Shown: positions 13,724 through 27,301, numbered from the stretch's first letter. The stretch: 64,000 nt of DNA from Patellaria atrata CBS 101060 (GCA_010093705.1 MU006093.1:1075301-1139300); one strand, 5' to 3'. The notes: generated by a model from the sequence alone, not told the origin. Program-made: numbers and translations.

Positions 13724-15181
13724 CTACGCCCTCTTCTTCACCTTAGGCGTCCACACTTCCTTCTCCCTTGCCTTACTCTTCCCATCGAACCCCTCTCCCC
13801 CCTTCCTCATCGGCGTTCCGATTCTCTCCCACAGCGCCCTCGCTGCAGGCGTCAAATTCCCTTCCCTCTTCCCCCTTGCCCCAATTCCCTCTGCACTCGC
13901 AAACTTCGGCGTCAGTGTCCTTCCCTTCGGTGTTCCCTCTTTCAGTTCCGCCAGTCTACCACCAGAAGGCTGCTGCCTTGCCTTATTGTGGCTATCCACA
14001 ATTCTATGATGTAGCGCTTCGCGCCGGCTGGTTTGCTGGAGGCGGAACGGTGAGGGGCTTGTGTTTTCGAAGGTTAAGAGATTGAGGAGGCAGTCTTGCT
14101 TTGGCGGATCGGATGAAGAGGGTTTTTGCAGTGCACGCTCATTCTCTCCTGGTGCTGGTTCTGCATCTACGAAGGCATAGCCTTTCACGCGGGGCGTTTC
14201 CCCACCTGAATATCCAGCTTCTGAGGTAGTAGCACGGGGCCGGCCTCGTATCGCATCGTCTACGGCTGACATGGATGGAGAAGGCGGGACCGTTGCTGTG
14301 TCCTCTGGGAGCTCGGGATTGGGAAGGCGGGTGTTGTGGCGGATGAGAGCGCGGGGACCCATGTTCGATGCTGCTTCGGCGGCTTGGAAGCGGGTGGTGT
14401 GGGTGTCTTCTATAGAATCGGGAGGGAACATAAAAGCGTTGCGCGGAGCGGAGGGTTTAGTGTCGGGCATTGCTGGACGCGGTGGTGCATCTTTATAGAT
14501 GGTCACCTGAGTCTCTTCCTTCTCACCATACTTTTCCGCTAGCTCTGAAGCTGATCTACTGTCTTCGAGGAGTTTGGCTTCCCGAGCACGATGTGCGATC
14601 TGACGCGGGGCGAGAATCTTGTTGTTGTTCCATAACCAGGCATATTTCTCTCTTCGCTTTTCATTCGCTGTATCCAGCAGCTGGTTGAACGACTCATTAT
14701 CCTCAGATGTGTATTTCGCCTGGAATGCCGACAGCGACATGTTCAAATCGACTTCCGGTTTCTTCTCCCCATCTTCTGCATCTCCCAATATGGAAGCACC
14801 ACCGGGTGTCTCACCCCGGAAACCCCTTGGTGTAGCTGCTCCTTCTCTTAATCCGACCAGGGGTGTCATACTAGTCCCTATTCTGCCTCTTACTCTCTTA
14901 CCATCGGGACTTGGTGTCATCACCTCTATCAAATTCTTTGATGCCTCGGCTATCCAATCCCGATCCCGCGATTCCACAGCATCGAGATACTCTTGCTGCG
15001 TCTGCGTCTCCAAAAGTCCCGGGAAGAAATCTCTAGCTATGATGTGGGATAGAGCGTCTGTATACGTATCCTCGTCCAATACTGTGGTGGGGCGCTTTAT
15101 TCTCTTCGGAGGCGGCGGAGGTGGCATGAGTGCGGTATCAGAGGAGCGCTTCACGAGCGCCTGGGAGTTGGAGGAGGACAT
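13724..15181 (-). CDS. ESS2: Splicing factor ESS2/DGCR14 (nuclear protein Es2, S. pombe Bis1-like)
   Basis: VLDEDTYTDALSHIIARDFFPGL and SLSAFQAKYTSEDNESF motifs, ...LTPAARAL near the C-terminus; single exon with ATG at 15181. Confidence 0.92.
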   Translation of the reverse strand: MSSSNSQALVKRSSDTALMPPPPPPKRIKRPTTVLDEDTYTDALSHIIARDFFPGLLETQTQQEYLDAVESRDRDWIAEASKNLIEVMTPSPDGKRVRGRIGTSMTPLVGLREGAATPRGFRGETPGGASILGDAEDGEKKPEVDLNMSLSAFQAKYTSEDNESFNQLLDTANEKRREKYAWLWNNNKILAPRQIAHRAREAKLLEDSRSASELAEKYGEKEETQVTIYKDAPPRPAMPDTKPSAPRNAFMFPPDSIEDTHTTRFQAAEAASNMGPRALIRHNTRLPNPELPEDTATVPPSPSMSAVDDAIRGRPRATTSEAGYSGGETPRVKGYAFVDAEPAPGENERALQKPSSSDPPKQDCLLNLLTFENTSPSPFRLQQTSRREALHHRIVDSHNKARQQPSGGRLAELKEGTPKGRTLTPKFASAEGIGARGKREGNLTPAARALWERIGTPMRKGGEGFDGKSKAREKEVWTPKVKKRA

Positions 15182-15488
15182 TCTGAATGTGGTATGAACA
15201 AAAAGGAAGAGTAAGGACGTCACAGTGCGAAAGTTGATAGAGAAAGGACGGAAAATGCAAGGGCTAGCATCACTTGGTCAAAAATAAAAGAAGCTCCAAT
15301 CGTCGCTAACGGGGGAATTTGGCAAAGCCTTAAAGCCGCGCCAAGCATAGACATCTCACCTTTCGGAAAATAGCTCGCAGAGCTTCACCCACCAGACTGT
15401 GCCTTTCTATTTTCATCCCAAACAATCATAAACCACACCATCCTTTAGATTAGTCCCAACTTTTCTTATTACCGTTTCAAAATTCGCA

Positions 15489-15980
15489 ATGCAAAGCCCA
15501 GCCCCTATCCCAATCCAAACGCAAACTCCTCCAAGCAGCACACCTACAGCTCCCACGTCATCTCCCCTCCAACCCCGAACGCGTACCACCCGCACCCTTC
15601 TCCCCACGTACACCTACCTCCACCTCACCTTTCTCTCTTCCCGCCAACCAAATTCCTCCAATATTCAATCCGTTTCATTACCTCCACTCGACGCCATCAC
15701 AGCGATCACCCACCTAACCTCCGCTCTTCGGGCGTATCTGGGTCTCCACGGTACAGCGATCCCGATCGACATTTTGAAGATCGAGAATCGGGACGCATGG
15801 GTGCGGTGTCCGGCATCCGACGGGGCGGGCGTGGTTGCTGCATTGGCGAGTTGGGTTGGACGCGGAAGCGGAGAGGAAGGGGACGTGAGCTGGCGGGTTC
15901 GGGGACGGAGTGGGTGGATTGGCAAGTTGTTGGACGGTGGGAGCGATAAGAACGGTGGGAGTAATCTCTTTGGGGATTGA
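15489..15980 (+). CDS. POP8: RNase P/MRP subunit Pop8-like protein
   Basis: YTYLHL...LDAITAITHLTSALRAYLGLHGTAIPIDILKIENRDAWVR pattern typical of filamentous-fungal Pop8; single exon. Confidence 0.75.
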   Translation: MQSPAPIPIQTQTPPSSTPTAPTSSPLQPRTRTTRTLLPTYTYLHLTFLSSRQPNSSNIQSVSLPPLDAITAITHLTSALRAYLGLHGTAIPIDILKIENRDAWVRCPASDGAGVVAALASWVGRGSGEEGDVSWRVRGRSGWIGKLLDGGSDKNGGSNLFGD

Positions 15981-16233
15981 ATAGGTGAGGTAAAAGGTAT
16001 ATGAAGCTACAATCGGGACGGTTCGGATATCTTTCGAATGGTAGAGTTCCGACATGTGGACGGAAACAAACGAGAAGAGAACCATACCTTCAATATCATA
16101 TGAAGAAGCTATGGGAATCCTTTTACCAAGTGGCCTTTCATATGCCTTTTCCAATGCCGTGCTCTGTCATGCACGAAGTCCAGTCCTGGGATCCAGCATC
16201 GAACTCCACCTCGAGCATTCTACTCAACCAGCT

Positions 16234-17399
16234 TTAGTAAAACGACTCAACCATAGCATCCTTATTTGTCGTATTGATATCACCCGGACCTGCGCCTTCC
16301 CCTAATCTGAAAACACTCTCAACCACACTCAGTTCTGTTGCTGTTGTGTCCAACCCGGTCACCGCCATCCAGTCGTTTACTACCATCCCAGCTCCCACTA
16401 CGGGGCTGCCTCTGTTCACACTGCCGGCGACTAAGGGGACTTGGAGGAGGGATGAGAGTTCGTCTTGATCTTGAATGGAGGTTTTAGGGTGGACAATACC
16501 ACCTTGGTTTGAGAGGGCCATATAGGACCCTACGAGGACATTATCCGCAACGGTTTGCCGAAAGACTTCAACACCAAGGACATCCGCGATTCTATAACCA
16601 GAAGTGTTAGTACCATAATAGACTCAGGTCTGAGTACGAAATCTGAGGATAAGAAGGTAACACAATTTGCCGGGTACGCACATTTCTTCGGTTTCACGCT
16701 CGATATCCGGGTGTACCAGCGCAACGTGGTCATTGGTACATATGACATTCCCTAATGCTGATAACCGCTCCTCTATTCTCTGGATCTTGACCTCGTCTGG
16801 GATGGAATTTCGGAGATGTTGCAGCTCTTGGTCGGTCGTGGAGGTTGGGACTAGTAGACCTTTGCGGTTTCTGTTTGCGGAACAAGATCAGTAGATTGTT
16901 TTCGAGTACAGTGATCGAAGCGTGGGGATCGGATGCCTCAGCAGTAGCATCATGTCCTGGTAAGGGGATAAGATAATGTCATACCCCGCCGTCAACCTCC
17001 CAACAATTCTTGTCCCCGCAATCGTAGCATGGCATATGGGTATCACGTCCTGCAGTTCCGCTTCAAAGATACTATCATTCGTACATATGTTAACTTCCAA
17101 CTTAAGCCCTTAGTAGCTTTACCCAGAAGGTAAAGTGATCCCATCATACCTGTAGAAGTTTTCTGAAGCACCAACGGCGACGAGAGCGAATGAATTCGTG
17201 AGGGTAGAAAAGACACCGACTCTGCGCAGAATGTTAGTCTTACATCATCTGTAAGAGGGAGAACTAGCAACACTGTGCAAAAATCAAGATGTTGCTGTCG
17301 CGCTGATATTGCTATACTGCTCCACTACCAGGCGAAATAGAGGGGCAATGGAAGTGGTGCTCACTCGTTTGAGTTCTCAAACTGCGCGCGAACAGCCAT
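16234..17399 (-). CDS. TIF6: Eukaryotic translation initiation factor 6
   Basis: [17 protein letters not shown]-terminus; [10 protein letters not shown] and [22 protein letters not shown] motifs; multiple GT-AG introns. Confidence 0.97.
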
Positions 17400-18080
17400 G
17401 ATTACGATAAAGAGCTGAGCTTAAATTCTTTATCCTGTCTCTTAGTTTTGGCGGTTAGGAAGATAGTTATAGAATGCGAGGAAAGAGGTAAGCAGGTTGT
17501 TTTAAGATGAAAGCGCACAAAACAGAGCCAGATGGCGAGCATAAGGGAAGGTAGTTCTATCACTTTTAAAGTTCGTCACTGCTAGAAATCTTGGCAGGGC
17601 CGAGGCGGCTGAGCTGGGCGCCACCCCATTTTGCACTTCCATTATTTCCAAAAGGTACCGTCGACTCAAAGGATGTGATGACTGTTCGCTAATCATTCGA
17701 GTCACAGTCTGCGGCGCAGCAATTCTAATTATCTTTCTGGAAAGCTTCAATTCCGATGATGACTCTACCATCTATCCGGCTTGAATTTGACTCCTGGAAG
17801 ATGCATACAAATCCCGATTGAGGAAGGTCTCGTGCCGCTATTCAACATGACCAACACCACCTCAGAAAGCAAACACCTCAAGCATGGGAAGGAAAACCTC
17901 CAAGCTGAAGATAAATGACGCATATTCTACTCGAACCCAACGCCGAGGCTAAATGCATAGCCGTCCGAACCACTAAAAGCTGCTATATACACGTCGCTAA
18001 GCAAATTCATGCATTGTGCTGAACCCAAAAGGAGAAACTCAATGCAAATGATCATCTACAGAACTGAATATTCTTCTACA

Positions 18081-21000
18081 TCAACGGTTTTGCCGAGGTC
18101 CCCTGAAATGTCGAAATTCGGGAGGGTGATATCGATCATTTCCTCCCCTGTTTTTCCGCCTCGGATAATAATTCGTCGTGTGGTTGTTCGTCTGGCTAGG
18201 TCCTTGAGGCTGAGGCGGTGTATACTGATGTTGCGCAAAAGCCGGTTGCGCTTGTGCAGGTGCATTTCCAGGGTTGAGATTTGCGGGAAGAATAGGCTGA
18301 CCTCCAAACTGTCGATTGCTGTACTGAGTCGTCGCAGGATAGGGTGAGCTTGGTGGAGGTTGTGTTTGCCATGAACTAGGCGTATATGTAGGATACGGGT
18401 TTTGGGGAGGAGCCGGAGCCAAAGGTGGTGCCGGTTGGCGATGAGGATGAGGTGCTGGTGGTGGCGGCAGCGGCGGTTGATACTGATTGATTGAAGGTCC
18501 TTGTGCGAATGCCGGAGACTGACTGAAGGCAGGTTGCTGATAGTTCGGTTGTGGGGAATAAGTAGGCTGGAACCGTGGAAACACGTACGGCTGTTGCTGT
18601 CGAGGTGGTGGGAAAGTAGTAGCTGCTGGTGAAGTTTGGTAGGGAGATGGAGGTGGGTGAGGAGGTTGAGGTGGATGGAAATCATTATGGGGTAGTTGTG
18701 GGCGATGCCGCTCATAGTCATAAGATGTCCTCCGCTGAAAACTAGGTTCGTGGGGTATAGGACCCGAACTTGGCGTTCTGGAATGGTGCGCATGCTGTTG
18801 AGGTTCGGATATTGTCGATCTGCGGAACTGATCCCAGGCAAGACTCCGGTGGCCGAATTCATGACTCTGCGAACGAGAATGTTTACCAACTGGTGATGGA
18901 AGTGGATTTTGCGTAGTTGGAGATATTGCACTGGTACTCGTTGATGTTGGCCTGGTAGGTGCCCTCTCTTCAGACATCCTCAGCAACGGAGGTCCCATAC
19001 CGGATCTCTCTTCTTCCAGCACTCGCTCAGATGGTTCGGCCAGCTGTCGTTCTCTTTGCGGTGCTGGTTTCTTCTCTGGCGAAGCTTCTCTCGAACGGAA
19101 ATTGTGACGAAACTTTGAGAACATGCCTTTGTCTGGGCTAGGTTCTTTCGAACGAGAAGTCGGTCGTACGGTCTTCGTCGTCAACGTGGCCCAAAACCCA
19201 CGTCCTGCGTTAGTCGACTTCGATGTATCCTCTATCCGGTTATCAAATTGCACTTCGCGCACGATTCCTTGTATTTGTTTACAGACGTCCGCCGATTCCC
19301 CTAAATGCGTCTTTTGCTCTTCATTGCGCGTCTGGATAGGAGGTTGTGCGTTTTCCATCAATGGGGTGTTGTACACTGTAGTGGACGTAGGTGTCTCCAA
19401 GTCAACCCTGCGAGGTGTAGATTTACTTGGCGACGAGGACGAGGGATGCTTGAGGGAAGTGTCCAACGACTTTGAAGTAACCGAAGGTTCGTCGGATGTT
19501 TCAGAATCATTATTCAGAAGACTCATAATACGAGTCTGATATGGTCGCGTCAGGTTTGGCTCGGGAGGTGATGGAAGGTTGCCGTTCGTAACAACGTCAG
19601 CTTCTACTGTGAGAGTTGGAGGAGCTTCCTGTACGGGTTTGGAGATTAGTGCATCTTGCAATGTAGTGCTAACTTGTCTGACAGGCGACACAACGACATC
19701 CGCGATCCTCGGAGATGAGCTTGCAATGATTGTGTTGCCGCGAGCAGGTGTCGATTTAGTAGAACCTGTTTTCTTTCTCGAACCTGACCTCTTGGTAATT
19801 GGGGTTGCAATGACTGGCTGAGTCGTGGCCAGTAACTCTAACGCAGCGGCAGCATCTTTACTCTTTTCAACCATTTCTTCCACATGTGATCCGGCTTCTG
19901 CTAGTCGAATTAGATTCTGATCCAGAGCCCAAGCATCAGTAGCTTTCTTCCTGTCTTGAGCATCATATGTCGCAAAACTTTGAGGCTTCTGGCACATCAA
20001 ATCATCGAGTTCACCATTCGTCGAATCAATGAAACTTTTGAGACATATTTGAGTTGACAGACGCTGCTCAGTCTCATTCCATAGCCTTTCAACCTCAATA
20101 AGTTCCCTACTTCGAGAGTCATATATGCTCGAAAGCGGTTTCCTTGGCTGGGATTTCCTCGCTGCGCTCAAGAGCGGCGGGATAATGCCATACTGTCACG
20201 AAATATTAGTTTCATCTGTAATACTAATAGTAGAAACATAGCGTACCTCATCATCTGTATCATCATCTTCTTCTTGGCTATTGACTACTCGGAAAAGTTC
20301 GAGAAGCGTCTTCTTGCACTTTGAAATATACTGATCTTGTAGATTCTGTGTAATGATCTTTTCAAGTGTTAGCTATGTCCTGTTTTATAAAACGTAAGTA
20401 AATGTACCTCTGTTTCAGTCCTCTTGATGGTTTGCTCTATTTCCATCACACTTTTCAGATTTTGGGACTTGATCTCATAGGTGTCATTCAAAGTTTTTAG
20501 TCTTTCTCTAAGACGTGCATCAAGTTCTGCTTGCACTACTTCATATTCATCACTCCTCTTGTGGGCTTCGGGGTCATTTTCGACTTCATCAATCGTTCGC
20601 TGTGCCAGTTCTGCTAGAAGAGGTTTGAGAGCCTTTGCAACACTACGATAGGACGTCTTGAGTTGCAATTGTCGCCGCAAGTCTGCTTCAATGCTGATGT
20701 TCGCATGCGGCGCCCTCCTTCTTCCCGGTAGCCGTTTGACCAGTTTATTAGGTTCTTCACCCGATGGATCTACTAGATCAAGAGATGCTGATGGTCCCGG
20801 AGTGCCATGTCCCATCATAATAGGAGTTATGGGTCCCGGTGACACCTCTACAGAGTCAATGGGTGTGGCTAATTCTAACACTTTTCGTCTTCCGCGTCGC
20901 TTTGGAGCCGGTAATTCCAACCTTTCTTCGACTGCATCGATGAACGTATTGATGCTAGTCTCAAGGCTGTTTGTACCGTTAGATTTGTCGTAGGAACCAT

Positions 21001-21523
21001 TTGCTGCTGATCTGGACAAGCGCTTTCGTTTTCGAGGGCCTAGGGATTCAGTAGACTCGACCACGATTGTTCCATTTGGTTCGCTCTTAGTTGGACTGGC
21101 AACTTGAATTTCCTTCTGAACAGATGGACCATTAGGGACAGATGTGCGCCTGCTTTTAGTTGCCTTCTCAGCATCTTCGCCATCAGCATGTACTGACTTT
21201 GCACTTGCTAAGGAGCTGCGTCTGCTATTGCTGCTAGTGACCGAACTGGGTATAGATCCGGAACTTCCTGATACAGCCTTTGAAGCAGCACGGGTAGTCA
21301 TATGAAGTGGCTCTGATGGCTGCAGTCTTGATGGTTTCGCCGGCGTTGTGTTGGTTGCTCGCTTAGACTTGCGCAGCTTTGTTTCCGGAGATGTGGCTGA
21401 CAGGGCAGGTCAGCTTGGAAAATTGCATAAACAGTCGGAGATTATTGAGGTAAAGGACTTACATTGATGAATTGTATCTTGACTGCTATTTGAAGGTCGA
21501 TTACTGTCTCTCCTTCGCCTCAT
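18081..21523 (-). CDS. Fungal hypothetical nuclear protein with a conserved coiled-coil block and Pro/Gln-rich C-terminus
   Basis: Predicted ATG at 21523. Introns at 21397-21462 and 20346-20407, plus one at ~20192-20246, join ORFs 20369..21301 and 18081..20171. Contains block LPGRRRAPH...EADLRRQLQLKTSYRSVAKALKP and NLS-like PRKRKR. Confidence 0.75.
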
Positions 21524-23476
21524 TTTGACAGTCTGACTTTGAATGGTTTTAGCCTTGGTCAAGCGCTGTGCATAAGAATCATGCGCATGTAGTGTACTGT
21601 ACAGATACTTGACAGGGACATGATAGATCTTGAGATATATGAGAGAGAAGAAAGTGAATCGCAATAGTCCAAATATTTTAACGAGAAGGGTAGAAAAAGG
21701 AATGAAAAAGGAAAGGTGGTGTAACTAGCATCTGTTTCTGGAGGAGACTGTGTTGGCAGGTCCTTCGTATCAACGAGTGGAAAAGAGATCCAACTCAAAA
21801 CACAAGCGTAATGAAGATGACTTATCGAAATTCAAAACGGGAATATAGCATTTTCGTATGCGAAATTGAGAGAAGAACAACTGCGGTGTAATTGATGAGT
21901 TTACTTACTGACGGTTGTTTTGCTGTCACACTCCGCTCCACCCCGATAGTCTGAATGCGGGTACTTGTAGTAGAATACGACGACTCGATGTGGGTATAGA
22001 AAATCTAAGCAGTAAAAGTAGGTGAAGCCAATCCCCTAAATAATGATAATAATTCCACCCCTTCGCGCGGCTGTTTAACAGCTCAGACGCTGTTTTGAAG
22101 ACGCTGCGAAAGGATTGTGTTCTTGTTAGATTGATGTTCTCCCCCGGGAGAAGCAAAATGCTCGCGAAGAGTCTCACACTAGTGACAAGGGAAGTAACAA
22201 AGGAAGATCTGTGGTAAGAGATGTTCCGTAGAGGCCGTAACAACCACAAATGATGAAAATGTTATAGATTTTTGCTTGGATGCTTCTGTACTGTATAGGC
22301 AGAAGGTAGATGGGATAATCAACTGGTTATTCAAACAATACGTTAGACAAAAAGGGACTGCAAAAAGATGGCGGCGAGCCTTCCAGTTACAGGGAATTGA
22401 TTCGATCTCGCTGTTGGCTAGGTTTTGCCTAGCTTGTTTACGGTTAGCGTAACTCTTCCCGGTACTGCAAGTCTGCAAAGTTTGAACCACTTTGGTCCGT
22501 TTCGAGTAATCCTAACACGGCACCTATGCCTATGCCGTAAACACTTGATCAATTCATCACTGATATATTCACCCGTCTACTGTCTACTACAGTATATTAA
22601 TGTTAAAAAGAAGGAGTACAGCAATAGACTCTAATCTCTACTTTACTTTCTGCATCTCTGCAGCGACCATTCACTACCGCCCCTTACTTTGGGCTTTCAA
22701 CAATACGAGTACATCACCTTGCAGTTCCAAGCATTGTAAACTCAAGCATCACTTAGCAGATCTGCACTGGAGCATAAAATTTCGTGTATGGCACAGAGTT
22801 TTCATGGTGTTCTGCTCGACGAGTTGCAAATGTCAGCTTGCGTACTTGCCTTATACTTGCACAAAATCATGCAGCTCATACCCAGTTGAGGTATACAGAG
22901 CCTTACTTCGAATAGATATTACTACAAGATCATCTTCATGCTGATTAATCTTATAAAATAGTCAGCATTTGTAGCGTCACCCACCAGACAATCACAGATA
23001 TGGCTCCATATTCATACTATGATTAGTCAAAATAACCAGCCGTACAGTACAGCACAGAAGATGAGAAGACAGCCTCTTCAGATCGACTATTCGCGATATA
23101 GGCTTCCAGATATACTAAATAGAAGGGAATAGAGGCAGCAATATCTTTATTAGAACAATCGTATTGAGTCATTTAGTAATGTTTCTGCTTATTGAATTTA
23201 ATAAGGCCTAAGGTAACAAGCCCTTCAACAAACTTCAAATTTGTCCTAGATACCATGATAAGATACCATCGAACGCCTTACTCGTCTTAGTACACAGCCC
23301 GTGAAGGCCATTCAATCAAACGCCGCTTTTCTTTCCCAGTAAACCTTCAGACAACCGCCATAACGCATACAACACGTCCACCTAGAAATTATAACGCTAC
23401 GTGCATAACTCGTAAATATGCTGACCAGTGCTGGTAAACAAAATATCAAATAGGACCTTTCAATCATTGTAGTGCC

Positions 23477-24892
23477 TCATCGCTCTGCGTCGGACTGTAG
23501 GCTCAGTTTTCGTTTCCCGTACCCCGCTAAACTTGATCGTGGAGAAGCGGAGAGGATAAAATCAGGAATCGGTGGTGTCATCTCCCGGCTTGGGGGAGAT
23601 GGATCCCGTGAGGTTGCTCGAGATCTTGATAATGGTGTGTCATGTAGATCTTGAAGGCTTTGAGAAGAGATAAGAGGGCTGCGGGTAGTGGTGTGACTAT
23701 CTGATCGCATGCGACCCCGCTGCCCGGGTGCGGAAAGTATGGTTTGGCCACCCAATGGCGCCGCGACGACAACGGTTCCTGGTGTTGTTGCTGGAGGTGG
23801 TGTAGGACTGTCTGTCCTGAATAATGGATGAATGTGAGATTCATCAGTAATGGGGCTAGTGGGTCGCGACGAGGTAGATGGAACATTTGTAGAACGAAGT
23901 GAACGAGGTGGAGACTTTATCGACGGTGGTGTTTTAAGTTCAGTCCTTGGTCCATTACATGCTTCCTCTAATGCTCTAGCTGGTGAAACCGGACGGCTAC
24001 CAGGTATCGTCTCTAACGCAGTTCCGCGTGACGGTGCTGCACTCAGCACGGCGTCTCGAGCTTGGGGGTCGACACTTGATGTATCCCACGCATCGAAAGC
24101 ATCTGTTTGAGGATCCGTATGTGTAGAATGAACATCGGAAGATGCCCGTCTGGAGTCCCGAGTGGTTGATGAATGACTTGAAACAAGCTTGCTTCTAGAG
24201 GTTATTGGCCTAACAGCTTGTTGTAGAGACGATCGCCAAGATTGGAGGGAGATAGATGAAATACTCGAGCGGGCTGGCGAAGGGAGGGTCAACTCTTGTT
24301 GTACAAATGGTGGAGAGAAAGCTCTTAGGGAGGTAGGAGAAGTCGGTTCTCGAACTTCTGGAAGCGCGGCGCGCTGATATTCCTGCGAAGGGACCGGATA
24401 ACGCGAGATTATTGACAGTGGACTTTCTCGTATGGCGATCGAATAGAACGCTACTTGGAAAATTACAGACAAACTCCAAAGGGAAAGTTCCACTCCGAGC
24501 AGTACTCTGCTCGCCCCGGGCATGGATCTGCGCAGGTTCTCATAATTCGTCTTTACGAGCAGGATAGTAGCCAACGTCAACCCGGCACCGACTAAACTAG
24601 GAAGGGTGCAAGCAGCTGTCAGTCCATATCTTTGCAGACTCGTCCTTAAGCGGAAGTTATCCCACTTCCATGTGTACTGGACAAGGTAAACGCTGAGACA
24701 GACCAGCCCGAACAGCTCCGAACAAGCAGCGCCAATGCTCAGACGGGAGAAGAATGCTTGAGCAACGACGAGGCGAACGGCATCAAGAATCGCCAGCACA
24801 GTAACGGCCGCGGTGAAGCAAAAAGCAACAACACCTAATACGGCAGCTACCGGTTTAGTTGAGTTGAGCCGTACCTTTTCCGAGAAACTCAT
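23477..24892 (-). CDS. Hypothetical membrane protein (about 4 N-terminal TM helices, Ser/Pro-rich tail)
   Basis: Single long ORF with first ATG at 24892; hydrophobic segments followed by a low-complexity region containing ESHIHPLFRTDSPTPPP. Confidence 0.8.
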   Translation of the reverse strand: MSFSEKVRLNSTKPVAAVLGVVAFCFTAAVTVLAILDAVRLVVAQAFFSRLSIGAACSELFGLVCLSVYLVQYTWKWDNFRLRTSLQRYGLTAACTLPSLVGAGLTLATILLVKTNYENLRRSMPGASRVLLGVELSLWSLSVIFQVAFYSIAIRESPLSIISRYPVPSQEYQRAALPEVREPTSPTSLRAFSPPFVQQELTLPSPARSSISSISLQSWRSSLQQAVRPITSRSKLVSSHSSTTRDSRRASSDVHSTHTDPQTDAFDAWDTSSVDPQARDAVLSAAPSRGTALETIPGSRPVSPARALEEACNGPRTELKTPPSIKSPPRSLRSTNVPSTSSRPTSPITDESHIHPLFRTDSPTPPPATTPGTVVVAAPLGGQTILSAPGQRGRMRSDSHTTTRSPLISSQSLQDLHDTPLSRSRATSRDPSPPSREMTPPIPDFILSASPRSSLAGYGKRKLSLQSDAER

Positions 24893-25604
24893 TTTCCTGC
24901 CGTAGCGCTCCTCTGTTCCGATCTTCCAATTGCTCAACCTGAACGGGGACTATATTTCAAGCAATGATGGTCGGATCGATAGTGAATCATGCGGTGTGTA
25001 AGAGAGCAACAGAGTTGATAGTGGTGTACAGGACGTTTGACAGATGTCAAAGAGATGGGACAGTTAGCAATTGAATATGAATTTGTTGAGTGGTGGTAGT
25101 GGTAGGGATTGACAAGTTATTAATAGCCAAGGTGAAGAGATGAAGTCATTAACGAGAGTAGCTGGAGCCGTAAAGAAACTTTCTGATAGTCTGGTAAGTG
25201 CTCAAAAGAAGTTATAATCAATCATAACCGATAGGAGTGCATGTGTGGGAATGATGATTTTTGTCGCGTGAGAGCATAGGAGAGATCGATTTCCATGGAG
25301 GTCAACAATGGTCGCGACGTGACAAGTTCAAGGAGGGGTTAGAGAAGGTACAAAGCCGGGATGTTCGAGATTTGAACGCGTCAAGAAAGTAGCGTAGCGA
25401 TTGCTATGAGGGCTGAGGCTATATATCTGCTAGAGTGGGAAGTGAGGTAACGGGAGTTACACGCAGTCTTGGGTCTTAAAATCGGTTCGCGAGATGCAGT
25501 AGCATGTAGCCCAAGCAGGGTAGTTTGGTCTGGTGTGATTTGAGGGAACTTATCGTGTCAAATTATAAGTTTCCCTCAGTATGTTTGCGTTTCCTTGGTA
25601 GTTA

Positions 25605-25625
25605 GTGGTGGTGGTGGTGGTGGTG
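25605..25625. repeat. (GTG)7 microsatellite
   Basis: gtggtggtggtggtggtggtg is directly visible. Confidence 0.9.
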
Positions 25626-27301
25626 TAAACGAGTGAAGGAAGATGGAACCGGAATTCCTATCTAAGGAGAGGAAGTTTTCAGAAGGAAAAGATGGGAGAA
25701 AAGTGAGAGTTCAGTAACACGACGCGGTGGATCAAGATGTAATACTTTTTTCTTCTTGAATATTTTTAGAGTAATACTGCCTTTGTTGTGGGCAGGCATT
25801 CGTACCTTAGACGCGCAAATGGGGTACCGCGATCTACAAGGATGTTCGCAGCTGCTTGCCTGCTGCAAATCCCGTAATCCCAGGTCGTGTCTTGCATCCT
25901 CTTTCTCCAGATAAGGTAAAAATGAAAGTAACCCTAAGGCCAATAATCCAAATAATCATTTCGATATCGCGAATGACCATCCGGACACTGACGCCAGGGT
26001 TACCACCGAGTGCGATGGTCTCAGTTCAGTTACGTGAAAGCATGGCAAGCAGGTGGGGAGTAATGATTTTGTGTTGCTGATGTTTCTTTCTAGAACGCCC
26101 AGGGTTACAAGCTACTCCGTACAATAGTAGAACCACAAAAACTGGGGTGAGAAACCGGAGATTGTTCGCGTGTCAAAACAGCGACGGCATCCAATTACCA
26201 GGGAAAAGCGGGATCCTCTCGAGGTCACCAGTAACCGGGAGACCGTAGACAGGCGTGACAGGTCAGAAAAGTGCCTGAGATCAAAGAGCCGGTTTGCCCG
26301 GAGCCGATGCCAATTGGTTTTTGATCTTGTTATTGAAAGAGGGACAATTCCGAAATAACGGTTGCTTAGTCGCAGTAGACGCTTGTCTGCTGGTTGGAAG
26401 GACGGTTAGGACGCGATACCGCCGAACCGTTTCTCTGTCATTTTGATAGGTTCTAGGTAAAGATCATTATTTGCCTCGCATGCAGAATGTACCGTATCAT
26501 CTCAGCTCTGGCTCAGCCTACTCATCAGGCGAAGAAGGGCTTCAGGGTTCTGGATGGTGTCAATCTATGTTAATAGCCATAAGTTAGAGTCCGAAAGGCT
26601 GGGCGTCAGGTCCAGCTTGCACAACATCGGAATGACTTCGTGATACAAATACTTTCGATTTACCATTTGTGAAATACGAAAAAGAACAAGGAAGGCGAGG
26701 ACAAAAAGAAGCTAGAAAATGATATGGGGAGGAGTACGAAGTATAAGCCATGCAGATGCTCGTAGTACAGAGGAGTGAGTGCCGAGTTGTGTGGAGAGTT
26801 CAAGGTTTCAGATCTGTGTATGCAGAAAAAAGTAAGTTTGGAAATCCAACAAACAGAAACAAATGACACAAACACAAACTTCGAGATTTTGGGGAAGGTC
26901 CCTCGCCAGTCGTCACTGCCATCGCTGCGGGCAAATACGCCACTTGGGATTTGCTGCCTACCTCATTGCTGTTGTCATCACCCTAGTGAGAGACTTCAGG
27001 TGCTCAAAAACACCTATTAACTGCATCGTGCACCTTTCCTCACGCAATTATCATACTTCACCACCTCAGAGGTGTTACATTGACCAGTAGCGACGTTGCT
27101 GCATCGCATCCCTATAACTCAAATTAAGGGAGCTTTCCTCTCTCAGGCTTGCCCCCACCAATTTCCCGCAGTTCTCACTATCAACACCGACGACCGGTTC
27201 CAACACCCGCTTTTGACAACTACTACCAGATTTCGCTCTGATCACTCTCAGTCTGGGAGATAGATTTCTTCCATCACATATAACCCGTTCCATCGCCCAA
27301 G

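Noticed and set aside
18056..18931. 291-aa alternative-frame ORF overlapping the Pro/Gln-rich exon
   Set aside because: Shadow frame of low-complexity coding sequence with no motif.
25929..25937. TAACCCTAA (telomerase-template-like 9-mer) in a 2.4-kb intergenic region
   Set aside because: A 9-mer is expected about 0.5 times by chance on both strands of 64 kb. No recognisable pseudoknot, CR4/5 or Sm-site/5' splice-site end was seen.
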